NCBI GenBank assembly: GCA_964016885.1
Contig: OZ024750.1
Coordinates: 33,170,001-33,234,000, forward strand
Direction: 5' to 3'
Length of the DNA stretch: 64,000 nucleotides
Source: Eledone cirrhosa
Lineage: Eukaryota
Made by a program: the position numbers and the translations under genes. The notes under the pieces are model-generated. The model saw nothing but the letters and a program-made list of their open reading frames with translations. It made no database searches and was not told the DNA's origin. Below, piece by piece: positions 14,660-29,670 of the stretch; within the stretch, counting starts at the first letter, position 1; each line of letters starts with the position of its first letter.

Positions 14660-14687
14660 TATATATATATATACGAGAGAGACAGCA

Positions 14688-14775
<88 letters not shown>

Positions 14776-17124
14776 GTTCCACAACAGTTAATTCATCATT
14801 TCCGAGAACAATTGTTTCACGTTAGTCCGGGCCATCAGATCGGTTTCAAAAATACTCTACGGTTCTAATATATTTGATATATATTTATCCCTATCGAGCC
14901 CTCTTTGGATTTTAGTATTCAAATTTATTATTATTACTATATATATATATATATATATATATTAGTGAAAGAGTGAAGAGTAACATGGTCGGCTGTACAA
15001 AAAGGGTTTTATTTACAGTATTAACAATTGTTTCATTGATTTGGTTAGTCTAAAGGCGGCTAATCACTCGAAGTTGCGTCACTCGACCTTAAATAGTGTG
15101 TCTCTGATCAAATCATCGGCTACGGCTTCCTAAAACCGTATTTCTGTAGAAATACGAAATTTCTATACATATTGTATAAAGCTATGATTGAAGCGAAATC
15201 TTTCTTTTATATAAATATATATTCATTTTATTCAGGCCAAATATTGGGCCTTGTTACTTTGGAGTTTCGCCTGTTTATATAAATTTATATGTGTGTGTTT
15301 GTTTAGCGTTAGATATATATATATTATAAGTAATATTTGTAAAGTAAAAAAGGTGATTACTACATAAATACATACGATGTATATTCTGTGATGTAATTCC
15401 CCCACTGCGCTGTGCATTATATATTAACTAGTGCACCAAACGTCTTAAACATAACGACAGTTTTATTAATAATAGACGATGAGTGAAACTATTGATGAAT
15501 GACTTACGTAAAGATGTCTTACTTTGTGTTTAATACTTCTTCAACCAAAAAGCAGAATGATTCATAAATGTGACGGTGGAAGCTGTTCACTGAAAATTAT
15601 GGATGAAAACATTATGTAAACTTCAAAATATTTTTTTAATTTTACCTGATTATTGGTCTGCTGAACAGTGGGTATTAATTGAAATCTTGGCCCTTATCAA
15701 TTCACCTGACTACGTATAGTATCGGAGAAATAATCAGGAATATAAATAATTCCGCTATCGAAGACGAGCAATTTTAAATTATTTTAACATTAGAATACAA
15801 CAGTATATTCCAATACAAAAGTATATTCTAGCGGTGAAGTTTACAATAATGTTACAGACCAAAAGCTTTAGTAATAGGTGGTGATTTCTACAAAGTAGGT
15901 TAGGTTTGAGTTTATGTGATGTCAAGTATCTTGTCAAATATCAAGTAATAGATTTAAAAGTATTTGAGTTATATATGTTTGTGTTATCCAAGCACTAGAA
16001 CATATTTAATAGTACACTGTCTGTTGCAAGCGTTAAGGATTTTGATAGCAAATTCCTCTCTTTTTATAACCTGTCTGGGAGGTGTCATGTATTTAAAGCT
16101 ATCCCGCGCAGCAGAATCAATATTTGACTTGGTGTGATGCATGTAGATAGAGTAAATAAAATAAGAGAGCAGTAAGAATGCATCAGCTCTGTGCCGCGAT
16201 AGGCAGGAAAGGGGGCAGTTTCGTATCCTGACGAAATCAGAAGTGAGATGACAGTGGAGGTATCATCAGTAGGGGCAGTGATGGGAAGATATTTTGTTTA
16301 ACCTGACCCTTTGTTATAATCATCATAGCAGCTGGTTGTCTTACAGATATTTCCGTGTTTGAAATTCCTTCAATTTTTCGAAATATTTACACACTCAACG
16401 CTCTAAATCATTTCATATCATAAAGAAGAGTGTCATTGGTTATAGTTTACTAAAGGACAAACCCCTTGTTATATTTTAAAATATTTTCACTAGTTCCATG
16501 AATAAACCTCTCTCCTACAATTCTACCTTTAGAAATGATATTCTGGTTACAGCACACGTTATATGTTCCCATTGTATCTTCAGAACAAGTTTTACGTAAT
16601 GGAAGCAGATCGATGAATTACATCACCTTTCAGTTATGCTCCATTAAAAGCTATATAGAATATATAAATCAATAAGAAAAATCTGAAAGTAGACTGAATA
16701 TAGATATTATATATTGAATTCTATTAATGGATAGAAACATTTCATGCATAGTCATTGCAGTATATGCATTGCTTACGGGATTCACAAATTGTTAATCCCC
16801 CTGTTTAATTCGTTGAGGTTTGATTCAGCTTTAAGCAGAGATTATCAAAAATAGATCATATAAATATGAAGAATTAGACAATAAATCTGAGAATTTCTTT
16901 CATTAAACGTGTGTTAAATCTGCTTTTTGGATTTTATCACACACTAAATTTTAATAAAAAGAATATATTTATAAAGTTATTTAAATACCTGACAAAACTA
17001 TAGAGATAATAGATTACAATGTTTTTCCTATAATGAATATATTGTTGAAATATATCTTTATTATTCTCAAATGTTATGATTAACTAACAAGCAATACACG
17101 ATGGATGTATAACGTAAGTTTAAA

Positions 17125-17663
17125 TATCCGTGTCAACTCTTACTTAGGGTCATGAATCTCGGGTCATGAGCGATAGATATGGTCGTAAATACAAGCGGCC
17201 GAAATAGGGTTCCTCCGAAGGATCTTTAGAGTAGCGTTACTCGATAGAGTGCATAGCTCGAAGATTAGAAAGTCACTCCATGTCGAGCCGTTACTTCTAC
17301 GAATTGAGAGATAACAGCTCCGATAATATGGGCATGTGGTTAGAATGTCTCGGTACAGAATCCCTGGAGAATTTGTACGCACAAAATCAACTGGCTGGAG
17401 ACTCAGTGGTAAACCCCGAGTAAGATGGTTGGGTAATATCTATGAGCTTGACTGGTTTCGCTTGTGTATCCAACCAAATCAGTTGGAGATGGTTGCTTCT
17501 GACAGGACCCACTGGAAGCAATGTTTGACTCTGCCCCCACGAACGACACTCAGGAAGAAGAAGAAGAAGAAGAAGAAGAAGAAGAAGAAGAAGAAGAAGA
17601 AGAAGAAGAAGAAGAAGAAGAAGAAGAAGAAGAAGAAGAAGAAGAAGAAGAAGAAGAAGAAGA
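17125..17663 (+). mobile_element. RTE-clade LINE 3' fragment with (AAG)n tail
   Basis: Translation QAAEIGFLRRIFRVALLDRVHSSKIRKSLHVEPLLLRIER*QLR*YGHVVRM..GKPRVRWLGNI..VASDRTHW, followed by (AAG)n at 17554-17663. Confidence 0.85.
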
Positions 17664-18289
17664 ATTGCTTTAGTAGAAAAACCTAACTAAATATGGCCAC
17701 CCCTCAACGAGTAAGGAGTCGACTACTGCCAAACAATAATGAATCAAGGATATTCCGCTTTGTTGAGATGAAACAGATCAGAAGACTATTTCAGCTCCTG
17801 CAGAACCTTGCTGAGGGTCAGCAAGCACATCCTGCACCAGTCTAGCCCTAGGGAAAGACATTCCTGTGAGACAAGTTCTTGTGGTCCGCTATTACAAAAC
17901 GTGTTGCAGTATCTGCAATATGGATTTCTTACAGAAGAAAGATTTCAGTTGTTCTGTTGTGGGGAAAGCTTGTCACCTAAGAATTATAATAAATCAGGGT
18001 GAATACACTGTCAGGGAACTATAAATATACAAAGGGACAGAATAATAAAGAAAGATGTTGTAGTGGTTGAAGGAACCAGTCATACCAATGAATGTACAGA
18101 AAAGCACATAACACGAAACTGTAGAGTACGATGATTGGAACATTTCATATCTTCTCTGACAGGAAAAGAGGAATTGGTTTTGTTTTGTCCATATGTTCAC
18201 TTATACTTCGTCAATATATGCAGAGCCAGGTGTGTAACGGAGTAAACGGAGCGGATTGTTTGTCCCCGTCACCATACTAGCAAAGGCTT

Positions 18290-18482
18290 CTATATGTTTT
18301 GCAGTAATTGTTCTCGCTCTTTACGTTCTGCTTTCAAATCCTGACGAGGTGAACTTTGCCTTTCTTCCTTATTGTGTCGATAAAATAACTTAAAAGTCAA
18401 GCACTAGGGTCGATCTAATCGACTTTTCCCTCCCCCCCAAAAAAAATTTCTGGCCTTGTGCCTAAAGTAGAAACAATTATTA
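18290..18482 (+). mobile_element. SINE family 1, degenerate
   Basis: B-box-like TTCAAATCC, core and tail recognisable. Confidence 0.7.
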
Positions 18483-18579
18483 ATAATAATAATCTTGTCA
18501 TTAAAAATATAATTATGATTTCCTTTTTCGCTCTAACATAGCGGATATGTAAATACATTCATGAATTTTATATCTAATA

Positions 18580-18710
18580 ATAATTGTTTCTACTTTTGGC
18601 ACAAGGCCAGCAATTACCCAGTACATCAGTACATTACTGGTACTTTATTTTATCGACCCCGTAAAGATGAAAGGCAAAGCCAACCTCGGCGGGATTTGAA
18701 CTCAGAATGG
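18580..18710 (-). mobile_element. SINE family 1, 5'-truncated
   Basis: Reverse complement of tail, core and B box. Confidence 0.85.
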
Positions 18711-18945
18711 AAAAATCGATTCGTTTGCAAGCAAACAGCCTCATTACGCTATGATTTTAGATGACCAGCGCCATACATTTGTTCTAGCGGTGACAGAGAA
18801 CAACAACCAATATTGTTTCTGGGTTGTTGCCCTTTATCAAGATTGTGTATCTCTCTTCCGTCACTCGGTAGAACTTTTGAGAATATATAGTATTCACTAA
18901 ATTATACATCGGCCTATTAACCTAATTTGTTGCCATTATTTTTTA

Positions 18946-19135
18946 TGGCGGTGGATTGGCAGTATCGGTAGAGGGTCGGACGCCATGCTTTCCAGCATAG
19001 TTACGTCCCTTTACGATCTGAGTTCAAATCCCGCCGAGGTTGACTTTGCCTTTCATCCTTACGGGGTCGATAAAATAAAGTACCAGTAATGCACTGGGTA
19101 ATTGCTGGCCTTGTGCCTAAAGTAGAAACAATTAT
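18946..19135 (+). mobile_element. SINE family 1, full length
   Basis: GGCGGTGGATTGGCAGTATCGG..GTTCAAATCCC..AAACAATTAT. Confidence 0.9.
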
Positions 19136-19634
19136 TTTTTATGGCAATGTTTTATTACCAATATTGACCAATTTGTGGCATCTTTAATTTCTTCAGATGT
19201 TTCAGTAACTGTTAATTTATGCTCTGAAGTGTATTATTGGGTAATTAAAATGCTGGTTTTTGTTTTGATCATTTTCTGTTGGAAAACCATGTTATTGTAG
19301 TAAAAATATTAAATAGAAACGAGGCTTAGAGAAAACAAATGTTTATGTCAGCAAATAATATATTTATTCATTAATGTGAACAGATATCTATATTCTATAG
19401 GAAAACAGGAGTGTAGACTTGTCAAACGATGTGTTTCAAAGACAAAAAGGTTTATAGTAACCACTATAGAATATCTGGTGCTAGAAAGAGCTAAGTGTGA
19501 TAGTTAGGAAAATCTTTACGTAACCGAGAAAAATACGGGATTATTAGTGAGGTGAAGAGATGTATGAAGAAAAATGTGATTAATTTGTACAGAAACTATT
19601 AAAAAATCGTCAATATGGGGGTACAGAAATTTTG

Positions 19635-19775
19635 CAACGGATAAGATTGAAAAGTTCCTGGATTTGGTTGAAAGAAAATACAGGAGAATCAGTTAAAAGA
19701 AAGTACAGGAGGATCAGTTAATTATGATTTTATTCAACTTATTCCCTTCACAAATTCACACGGTTATTACAGCGC
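19635..19775 (+). mobile_element. Probable mariner-like transposon terminal fragment
   Basis: TGAAAAGTTCCTGG..GAAAATACAGGAGGATCAGTTAATTATGATTTTATTCAAC..TTCACAC resembles mariner ends (from memory). Contains a short internal duplication. Confidence 0.45.
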
Positions 19776-20150
19776 CCGGTATTTATAGAGGCGCGTGTGT
19801 ACATACTCACACATATAGTGCCAATGAAAATTATAATCAACACAAATCTCTGAAAGTCTTTATTTTAATTTGGCAAATTAAGGAATATTCGTCACCTAAA
19901 AACATTGTTTTTTTTTTCAATAGTTTGTTGATTTTGGTTACGTTGTTGATGATGTCGTTTATTTCAGTTTCCCTGGGGGCTATGCTTCAACATAACAAAT
20001 AGTAGATATGGTTAAAGACCTCGAAAGGATGAAAGGCAATGTTGACCTCGAGGGGATTTGAACTCTGAGAGCAGAGAGTTGGAACGAATAACATAAAGCA
20101 TTCTATCTGACGTTCTTACAACTCTGCCAATTCGCCGCCATCGTTTAAAG

Positions 20151-20320
20151 CAGGCATTGGCAACCTTTTTCGAGCAGTGGCCTGCATAGGATGTGGCTCA
20201 TCAAAAGGCGGGCCGCTCTACTAACTAAATTCAAGGCAATTTTGAAATTATGTGTGCCATTCAGAAAGCCAAACGGGCCGCATATGGCTCGCGGGCGGTA
20301 GTTTGCCAATGCAATGACTG
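20151..20320 (+). mobile_element. hAT (Charlie-like) MITE with 8-bp TSD
   Basis: TSD GTTTAAAG at 20143-20150 and 20321-20328. CAG..CTG termini, with GCATTGGCAA/TTGCCAATGC in the TIRs and GGCCGCA..GCTCGCGGGC subterminal motifs. Confidence 0.8.
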
Positions 20321-20691
20321 GTTTAAAGTTTACCATAGTCCACAAAAGGTGAACATTTCTGATCTCTCTCCTGTTTTAACATTAAATAGCCACTAATATG
20401 TTTGTGTACGTTCAATACATATTTCATCTTAATTTCAAGTATGTAGGATGTTTTCACCCACTCAAAATATTGATCAGCGGTTTGATGAAGATTAGGTTTG
20501 ATGTTGCTAATAAACTATAAAACGAATATCATAATTAGTTATGAATATATTAGTAGGTGAGTTAAAGTGACCAGAATATTCTAGAAATATAACATATATC
20601 ATAATAACGCCCCCACAATATACAGAGGATGTTACTACGGTTACAGTTGAAACGTATATGGTTTCTTATTAGAACACTAACCTAAAAAAGA

Positions 20692-21765
20692 GCGGTAGAG
20701 TGGATTCCCAGAATCGGTAGAGCGTCAGATAACATGATTTGCGACGTATAGCTGCGGTTCTTTATGTTCTGAGTTCAAATCTCGCCGAGGTTAGCTTTGT
20801 CTTTCATCTTTACGGGGTTGAAAAAATAAAGTACCAGTAACGTACTAAGGTCAATTTAATCGACCCCCCCTCCCCACACACACACTTCCTCAAAGTGTTT
20901 GGCCTTATGCTTAAATTATAAACTATTGGTGGATTGGCAGTATCGGCAGAGAGTTGGACGCCATGCTTTGACGCATAGAGTTACGGCCCTTGCCATTCTG
21001 AGTTCAAATCCCGCCGAGGTTGACTTTGCCTTTGATTCTTACGGGGTCGATAAAATAAAGTACCAGTGGTGTACTGGGTAATTGCTGGCCTTGTGCCAAA
21101 AGTAGAAACAATTATATTAATGTGTCAAAACGAGCGGTGGTTTGGATGGGCAGTATCGGTGGAGCATCGGACATGGTTTGGGGCATATGATTACGGTCCT
21201 TTATATTGTGAGTTCAAATCCCGTCGAGGTTAGCTTTGTGATATGGAGTCGATAAAATAATCTCCCAATAACGCACTGGGTTTATTTAATCGACATTCCC
21301 CTGCCCTTCAAATTGCCGAACGTGTTCCTAATGTAGAAACAATTATATTTATCTGAAAACACTTACTGCATTATATTTGGATTGGCAGTATCGGTAGAGG
21401 GTCGGACGCCATGCTTTGCAGCAAAGAGTTACGGCCCTTTATGGTCTGAGTTCAAATCCCGCCGTGGTTAACTTTGCCTTTCACCCTTACGGGGTCGATA
21501 AAATAAAGTACCAGTAATGTACTGATAAATTGCTGGCCTTGTGCCAAATGTAGAAACAATTATTTATTGGACCTCGGTGGATTGGCAGTATCGGTAGAGG
21601 GTCGGACGCCATGCTTTGCAGCAAAGAGTTACGGCCCTTTATGATCTGAGTTCAAATCCCGCCGAGGTTAACTTTGCCTTTCATCCTTACGGATTCGATA
21701 AAATAAAGTACCAGTAATGTACTGGATAATTGCTGGCCTTGTGCCAATAGGAGAAACAATTGTAT
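20692..21765 (+). mobile_element. Cluster of five same-orientation family-1 SINEs
   Basis: Copies at ~20692-20920, 20927-21115, 21134-21345, 21378-21565 and 21576-21762. Confidence 0.9.
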
Positions 21766-22474
21766 TTACACTGCAAGACAAAATATGAACTGTCCAGAGG
21801 TTTACCGTGGGAATGAAAGCTTTGTTAAATTCCCTTCTACCAGGAATGATTTTACTATAATTAAATCAAAGCTTTGCTAAACTCCTCTATACTAGGGAAG
21901 ATTTTAAAATGTTAGCTATCTAAAGATAAAGCTCTATTCTGAAATATTGACGTGGATTAACGTTAACATAAATCAGCGGAACACTGGTAATTAATAATTA
22001 AATCAACCATGTTTTATTACTATTAATATAAAACATTGTCTGATATATTTTCGAGATAAAATTCGTAGTCAATGATACGGTAAATAATACAATAATAATA
22101 ACTAATAAATATCTAAGAAATCTAACAAAAATAATTCCCATATAGTGTATATAAAAACATATTGTGTTTATATAATATTATGGCAACTATCTGCAATAGT
22201 AAATGGTGTGTTTGATGGATATCGTATCAAATATCTATATAGGCTTGGTGTGGGTGAGCTGGGAGATAATTTAATTCTTATCTACTAACTGGATTATGGG
22301 AACTGATAATATCTTACCAATACAATACAATTCAAAATGTAAGATGCTGACAAGAGAACACATATATGCATATATGTATATACAAGTATCTAGCTATCTG
22401 GCTTGCTAGGTAGTTAGCTAGCTATCTATTTATCTATATAACTATCTATTTATCTATCTGTCTATTTATCTATT

Positions 22475-22520
<46 letters not shown>

Positions 22521-22522
<2 letters not shown>

Positions 22523-22715
22523 GGAACATTTTTAACCCCGACGGCAGAGCTCACGCGGTTTCGACGGCTATTTCTGGACTCAGAAATAACCGTCGAAACG
22601 GCTTGAGCTCTGTCGTCGGGGTTAAACATTTTCTTATTACCCACTCTACTATCCTAAGTATTGAGTACTCTGGTGCGTTATGGTCCATCTGGTTCCTTAC
22701 CACACCCCCTTCGCA
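22521..22715 (+). mobile_element. Palindromic mini-element, family E, with 3' extension
   Basis: Imperfect arms ~22521-22576 and 22581-22636, bulged hairpin 22643-22666. Tail shared with 6410-6475 and, reversed, with 25537-25650. Confidence 0.7.
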
Positions 22716-22875
22716 TTAGGCGCCGGTTAGCGATCTCTCTGTCTTTCTTAGTCTGTCTTTTTAGATAGATACATAGCTAATACGTCATGCCCTTATAATA
22801 TCTGTCTGTATGCCTGGCTGTCTGCATTACGACATTATGACACTATCTGTGTGTGTGTGTGTGTATGTGTATATA

Positions 22876-22947
<72 letters not shown>

Positions 22948-23269
22948 TGTGTGTATGTGTGTAACGTTTTTCGAAATATTTACGTCTGCGTTCACAGATG
23001 GATTTTTTTTAGTTTCAGAAGATACCGTTAAGGTTGAAAGCAGCGATTCTTCGCTTAAACTTTAATCTGTTATTTTAATATATATGTATATATATATATT
23101 TATATATATATATATAATTATCTATTCGTGTACAGATATTTTTGCATACACAATAACAAAATATAAACCAACGTATTTATTTCACGAGGCTCTATAAGGA
23201 TAAATATATATCAAATATATAAGAACCCTAGAGCAAATATTGTTCTCATTGCTGACGAGGCAGAAGGGG

Positions 23270-23314
<45 letters not shown>

Positions 23315-23499
23315 TATATATACGTACGTAGACATACATACAAACATATACACATATATGTATATATATATACACACACACATATATATAAACATACAAA
23401 CATACACACACATATGTGTATATATATATACACACACATATACATACATACATACACACACGCATATGCATATATATACATATATATATATAATATTAT

Positions 23500-23708
23500 A
23501 ATGAAATGACAGGAGGCTGGATTTGTGTAAATCCTTGAAAGGTTTATTATACTATTTGTGATTATAATATTTAACTCCGTAATAGCACAACCAACTACAA
23601 AAACAAAGACGGTTGAACTGCTTTACGTTGAGTACTCTCTATATTATTACATTACGATTGACCATACGGAATAGACCAGCTCTATACAGTGGTGAACCTC
23701 AAACCTGA

Positions 23709-23712
<4 letters not shown>
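23500..23712 (+). mobile_element. (TA)n-embedded mini-element with degenerate hammerhead remnant and bulged hairpin
   Basis: GGATTT/GTGT/AAATCC-TT-GAAA stem II remnant, then ACTC-CGTAA..TTACG-TT-GAGT at 23574-23633. Confidence 0.5.
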
Positions 23713-23739
<27 letters not shown>

Positions 23740-23749
23740 GATATATATA

Positions 23750-24150
23750 TAAAATACGTAGTTTAGAAAGCCACAACAATGCAGAGGGAAATCTCGAGGT
23801 AGGAAGTGAAAGATAGATAAGAGAAATAGGATAAAGTGAAAATTGAGAGAGACAAAGATGAAAACAACACAAAGGTAGAAGGGTTACCGTAGTGGAGATT
23901 TAATCCCAATATTTCCGGCTCACGCCCATCAACGGGCGTGAGCCGGAAATATTGGGATTAAATCTCCACTACGGTAACCCTTCTACCTTTGTGTTGTTTT
24001 CATCTTTGTCTCTCTCAATTTTCACTTTATCCTATTTCTCTTATCTATCTTTCACTTCCTACCTCGAGATTTCCCTCTGCATTGTTGTGGCTTTCTAAAC
24101 TACGTATTTTACACATTTCACAATGCTTCAAGCAAACTTTAACACCCTCA
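23750..24150. repeat. Perfect ~178-bp-arm palindrome with a 6-nt loop and ~40-nt extension, between (TA)n tracts
   Basis: 23750-23927 is the reverse complement of 23934-24111. Loop ATCAAC. Confidence 0.9.
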
Positions 24151-24208
24151 TATATATATATATACATATATACATACGTATATATATATATATATATATA
24201 TATGTGTG

Positions 24209-24260
<52 letters not shown>

Positions 24261-24337
24261 TAAAACACAATACATTCATTCATACAGACACATTTATAAA
24301 ATCGTAATAGAAAAAAGATAAATTAATTAGACAAAAA

Positions 24338-24742
24338 ATAATTGTTTCTACTGTTGGCACAAGGCCAGCGAATACCCAGTGCATTACTGGTACTTTATTT
24401 TATCGACCCCGTAAGGATGAAAGGCAAAGTTAACCTCAGCGGGATTTGAACTCAGAATGGAAAGGGCCGTAACTCTATGTGTAAAAGCATGGCGCCCGAC
24501 CCTCTACCGATACTGCCAATCTACCGCAAAAGATAATTGTTTCTACTTTTGGCACAAGGCCACCAAGTATCCAGTGTATTACTGGTACTTTATTTTATCG
24601 ACCCCATAAGGATGAAAGGCAAAGTTAACCTCGACGGGATTTGAACTCAGAATGGCAAGGGCCTCAACTTTATGCGTCAAAGCATGGCGTCCGACCCTAA
24701 AGTAATTATTTCTACTTTTGGCACCAGGCCATCCGACCCTAA
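24338..24742 (-). mobile_element. Tandem family-1 SINEs (two copies plus a fragment)
   Basis: ~24338-24528, 24533-24698 and 24703-24742. Confidence 0.9.
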
Positions 24743-24908
24743 AATAATGAAATGCAAACATAATTATCCATGCACATATATGCGTATATAAACTTATATA
24801 GAATATAGAGAGAAGAAATACAGACAAGTAAGTATATATAAGCACACACACACACATATACACGTGCATATATACACACACGTACATTCACACGCACTTC
24901 CACACACA

Positions 24909-24957
<49 letters not shown>

Positions 24958-24968
24958 ATACATATACA

Positions 24969-25350
<382 letters not shown>

Positions 25351-25353
25351 TAT

Positions 25354-25498
<145 letters not shown>

Positions 25499-25644
25499 AC
25501 TAAACTTCCATTTATATTATATATATATATATATATAACGAAGGAGGTATGGTAAGGAATTAGATGGACCATAACGCACCAGCGTTCTCAATACTTTTGT
25601 TAGTAGAGTGGGTAATAAGAAAAAGTTTAACCTCGACGGCAGAG

Positions 25645-25795
<151 letters not shown>

Positions 25796-28589
25796 CAGTG
25801 CGTGCACACGGTTGTTCTTCTATTAACCCTTTAGATTTGAATGTTAAATGCTTTGAAGCTGAGTGATTACGCTTGCAACTATCCTCATCTACATCATAAG
25901 GTAATTGTTTAAAATTATCTACAACCTTAATCAAACTAATTCTATAAAGTAACCACGACACTCATTAAATCCAAAATAACAAAAGACTATCTATTGCTGA
26001 TGGAATTTAATTCAATTTAAACACGTATTATATCCTCTGGTGAGGCTAGCCTTGTTCTAGATTTCGTTTTGGAAACAAACGGTTTATATCTATGAAGCTT
26101 AGAGTCCAGCCGAATCGGAGTTGGTTCTCCGTTAGAATTTTACAATGTACTATACATACAATTTTACTAATTACTATACATGAATATCTCGAAATTGGCT
26201 GGAGTCAATCCGGGCAGTATTTTCTCAAGTTTTGCTGCAGATAAAGCTGCCCCACAAAATAATTGCGATAAAAATTTATTTCAGAATATCTAATACAGTA
26301 TTTCGACATTTCCGGGAACATATGTTTCATCACACATAGTAATCGGATATAGCTAACTATAAACATCCGCCATATATTTATATAATTAATTCTTTCTAGC
26401 ATAGGTACAAGGTAAATGTAGATTACTATACTTAATTACTAGATTACTATATTAACATATTCCTCCCCAACTTCTGAATGGTATATTTGAAATTGCAATT
26501 ATATTTGGACTTAGATTACAACGTACGATATGACAGTTATTTAATTAGTTAAACATCATAAAATATATGTTAACTACAGTTAACACTCAGCTACTGATAT
26601 TTACTTAATTCAGCATCATGAAATATGTTTTAACTACAAGTTATTATAAATACAAGTTATTTAACTACAAGTTATTATAACTAAAAATTATAATATTTTA
26701 CACTTAGCTATTGATATTTACTTAACTCAACATCATGAAATAAATTCCTTAACTACAGATATAACATTTTATACTCAGCTAATGGTATTTACTTGTATTG
26801 ACATTTACTTAATTCGGTCTCACAAAGTATATGTTTTAACTGCAGATATAATATTTTACACTCAGCTATTGGTATTTAATTAACCGTCTGGGATTTAAAC
26901 CAGCCCAATCTGGCCAGAATTCTCTCACCCCATTCTGTTCAAACTGAATAACAATAACCGGCTGCTCATACTTATGTTAAGGTATTGTTCTCAAAATAAA
27001 TAATATCAAAATCTTCTAGATTCGATATTATGTGAGATAAAGTGTTTACTATGAAACTACAATAGTAAATATAGAATAATGTAAATGCTTTGATTCAGTT
27101 TCATGAAATATATGTTTTAACAAATTTTACACTCAGCTATTATTTACATGGTATTTAATCACCCCATCTTCTTAAAGTATATACATGTTAAATGTATGGG
27201 TTGGCTCTTATTCTTTTGTTGCAAATACTAAATATATTGATGGGCATTCTGGTTAAGCTAGGACTTAGGAATGTCATGTTATAATAGGTGTATGATACAA
27301 CTGTTATATTGTTGGATATCTCAAACATGAAACGGTCGTGTCTTCGGACAAACTTGTCTGAGATAACTAGAGAAGAACGAAATGCTCCCTTCAATGACAA
27401 GTTAATTCTGACTTGCAGACATATCTCAAATATCCTTTGTCCTGTGTAGAATGCATGAGGTAAACAGCGGGTACTTTGTAAAGATGGTTCCTCTGTCTTA
27501 GTTTAACGAGGAAAAGATAAGTTGTTTTCTTATTTTCTGTCTCAATGATGAAATAGTGTGGTGGACAGGATTGCGAGGATTAAGAACTACAAATGTATTT
27601 CCATCTCTCTAGATAAGGTGTCTGATAATCATGCAAGATCAAATTAGCCAACCCTAGTATGGGAGGAATAACAGCTAAGCCTACGCCAAAACTCATGCCC
27701 TCAATCTTAAAGTGCATAAGGATGTCTCAAGCGAAATATATCTTACATGATATAGATTACTAATAGTTGAAACATTCATTTACTCACATGTCAGTACGCT
27801 CAAATATATCCTGGAGCTACAGTTGTTGTGGTAATGAATATTTATGTTAAAATCAATTTAAACCTAAAAGCATTATTAATTTAATTAAGAACCTTACGTT
27901 CGTAACATTGTTAAGGCGCTGAAGGGAATGCATTTAATTATTGCTCTTTCATCTCTAAGATCAAATTCGCTGAAGTCAATTGTACTTTTTATCTTTCTCG
28001 TGTCGATACCCTATAGTACCAGCTGGGTACTGCAGTCCATTTAATCGATTAAACCATTTATGAGATGCGTGGCTCGCTGCCAATATATAAAAATCAATAT
28101 TATTGATAGATAATTTATTTTGAATACGTTTCAAACAAGAATGCACGCATCAAATATGCCAGTTTTAACAATATAATTTATAAATTATTTCATAAGTTTG
28201 AAGGTCGGATAACATATTCGTGATTTATTTGAACAAACTGTATTTTATTAAAGTTGAAATTAATTGCTTTAATGTAATTTTGGTTCATGTGTGATGATCA
28301 ATAAATTGTAATGATGACTATAATATATAAAAATTAAGCATTAACAGTGTGTATAGAATAAGTATTGACAAACTTTATTCTCCATAGACAATATTTATGA
28401 GAGTAAATTGTATACATTTTAGATTTCATTTGTTAATTTCCTATTATGAATTTTAAATGAAACTTTTCATAACATAATCATAGTTTATAATTAATGTTGG
28501 TTTGTTAGCTTTCTGTGTTGATCTGTTTGTTTTTTTAACTTGTGTATACGTTATAATAAATGAATGTTTAATTACTTAAATGAGTTTAA

Positions 28590-28940
28590 ATGAGTAACGT
28601 TGCTCGATAGAGTGGGTAGCTCAGAAATCCTAGAATCACTCCGGGTTGAGCCTCTACTTCCCTGAATTGACAGATCACAGCTAGAATACTATAGGCATGT
28701 GGTTAGAATGTCTTAGGAAAGTAATTGTTGGACAGATTTTACAGGCAAAACCAACTGGCAGGAGACCCAGGGGTAAACTCCGGGAAAGATGGTTGGATAA
28801 CATCAATGAGCTTGGCTGGGTTCACTTGGGGATCGAGCCGGATCAGTTAGAGACGGTTGCTTCTGACAGGACGCATTGGAAGGAGTGTTTCAGGACTCTG
28901 CACCCTTGACCCTCTCGGGAATAAGTTAGTGAGGAAGAGT
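28590..28940 (+). mobile_element. RTE-clade LINE 3' fragment
   Basis: ILQAKPTGRRPRGKLRERWLDNINEL..VASDRTHWKE. Same family as 17125-17550. Confidence 0.85.
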
Positions 28941-29297
28941 TAAAATATCATAAGACATTTTATTTGCCCTGCTCCTTTCTCAATATCTTCTGTATTCAAT
29001 CTGCCTATCACCCACCTCGTGGATTGACTTTCTGACGACCACACGCTTCTAGTCTCTGTTCTGGGGCAATTTTGCCCACCACTGTCTTTGACAGCATTTG
29101 GCTGTTTTAACGGTCAGCCTAGCGTTGAGTTGTCTCATTTTTACACGAATTTTAATATGCTCTCGCTTCGTCTCGATCAGAGATATTAATATTTATTTAT
29201 TTTATTTTTTTTTAGTTATTCTTCAACAGAAATATTATTATCAGGATTGAATATAAACCTATTTTCATTGTGGAGACTATTGCGGGTTACTTACTAA

Positions 29298-29670
29298 CAA
29301 TTGCTTCTACTAGGCCAGCAATCGATATCGGTGCAACATTGGTACTCTATTTATCGACCCAGTAAGGATGAACGGCAAAGAAAGTAAGAACTCAGAATGT
29401 AAAGGGTCGTAACTCTATGCCACAAAAGATGTCCAACGTTTTACCGTTAAATCTACTCCCCCGGTCTAATTATTAATAATGGTTTCTGATTTAAGAACAA
29501 GACCAACAATTAAATCGACCCAAGTGCATTAAAGGTACTTTATTTTATCAAATTCATAAGGATAAAAGGCAAAGCTAATCTCGCTGGGATTTGAACTCAA
29601 AACGTAAAGAGATATAACTAACTAAATGCCGCAAACATGTTGTCCGATGCTCCACCGATAATGCTAATCA
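29298..29670 (-). mobile_element. Two degenerate family-1 SINEs
   Basis: GGTACT(C/T)TATTT..GGAT(G/A)AA.GGCAAAG..GGATTTGAACTCA motifs. Confidence 0.7.

Noticed and set aside
16225-16250. TTTCGT-ATCCTG-ACGAAA hairpin containing CTGACGA
   Set aside because: The core elements overlap with no stem II or III. The region looks like a very decayed LINE RT remnant.
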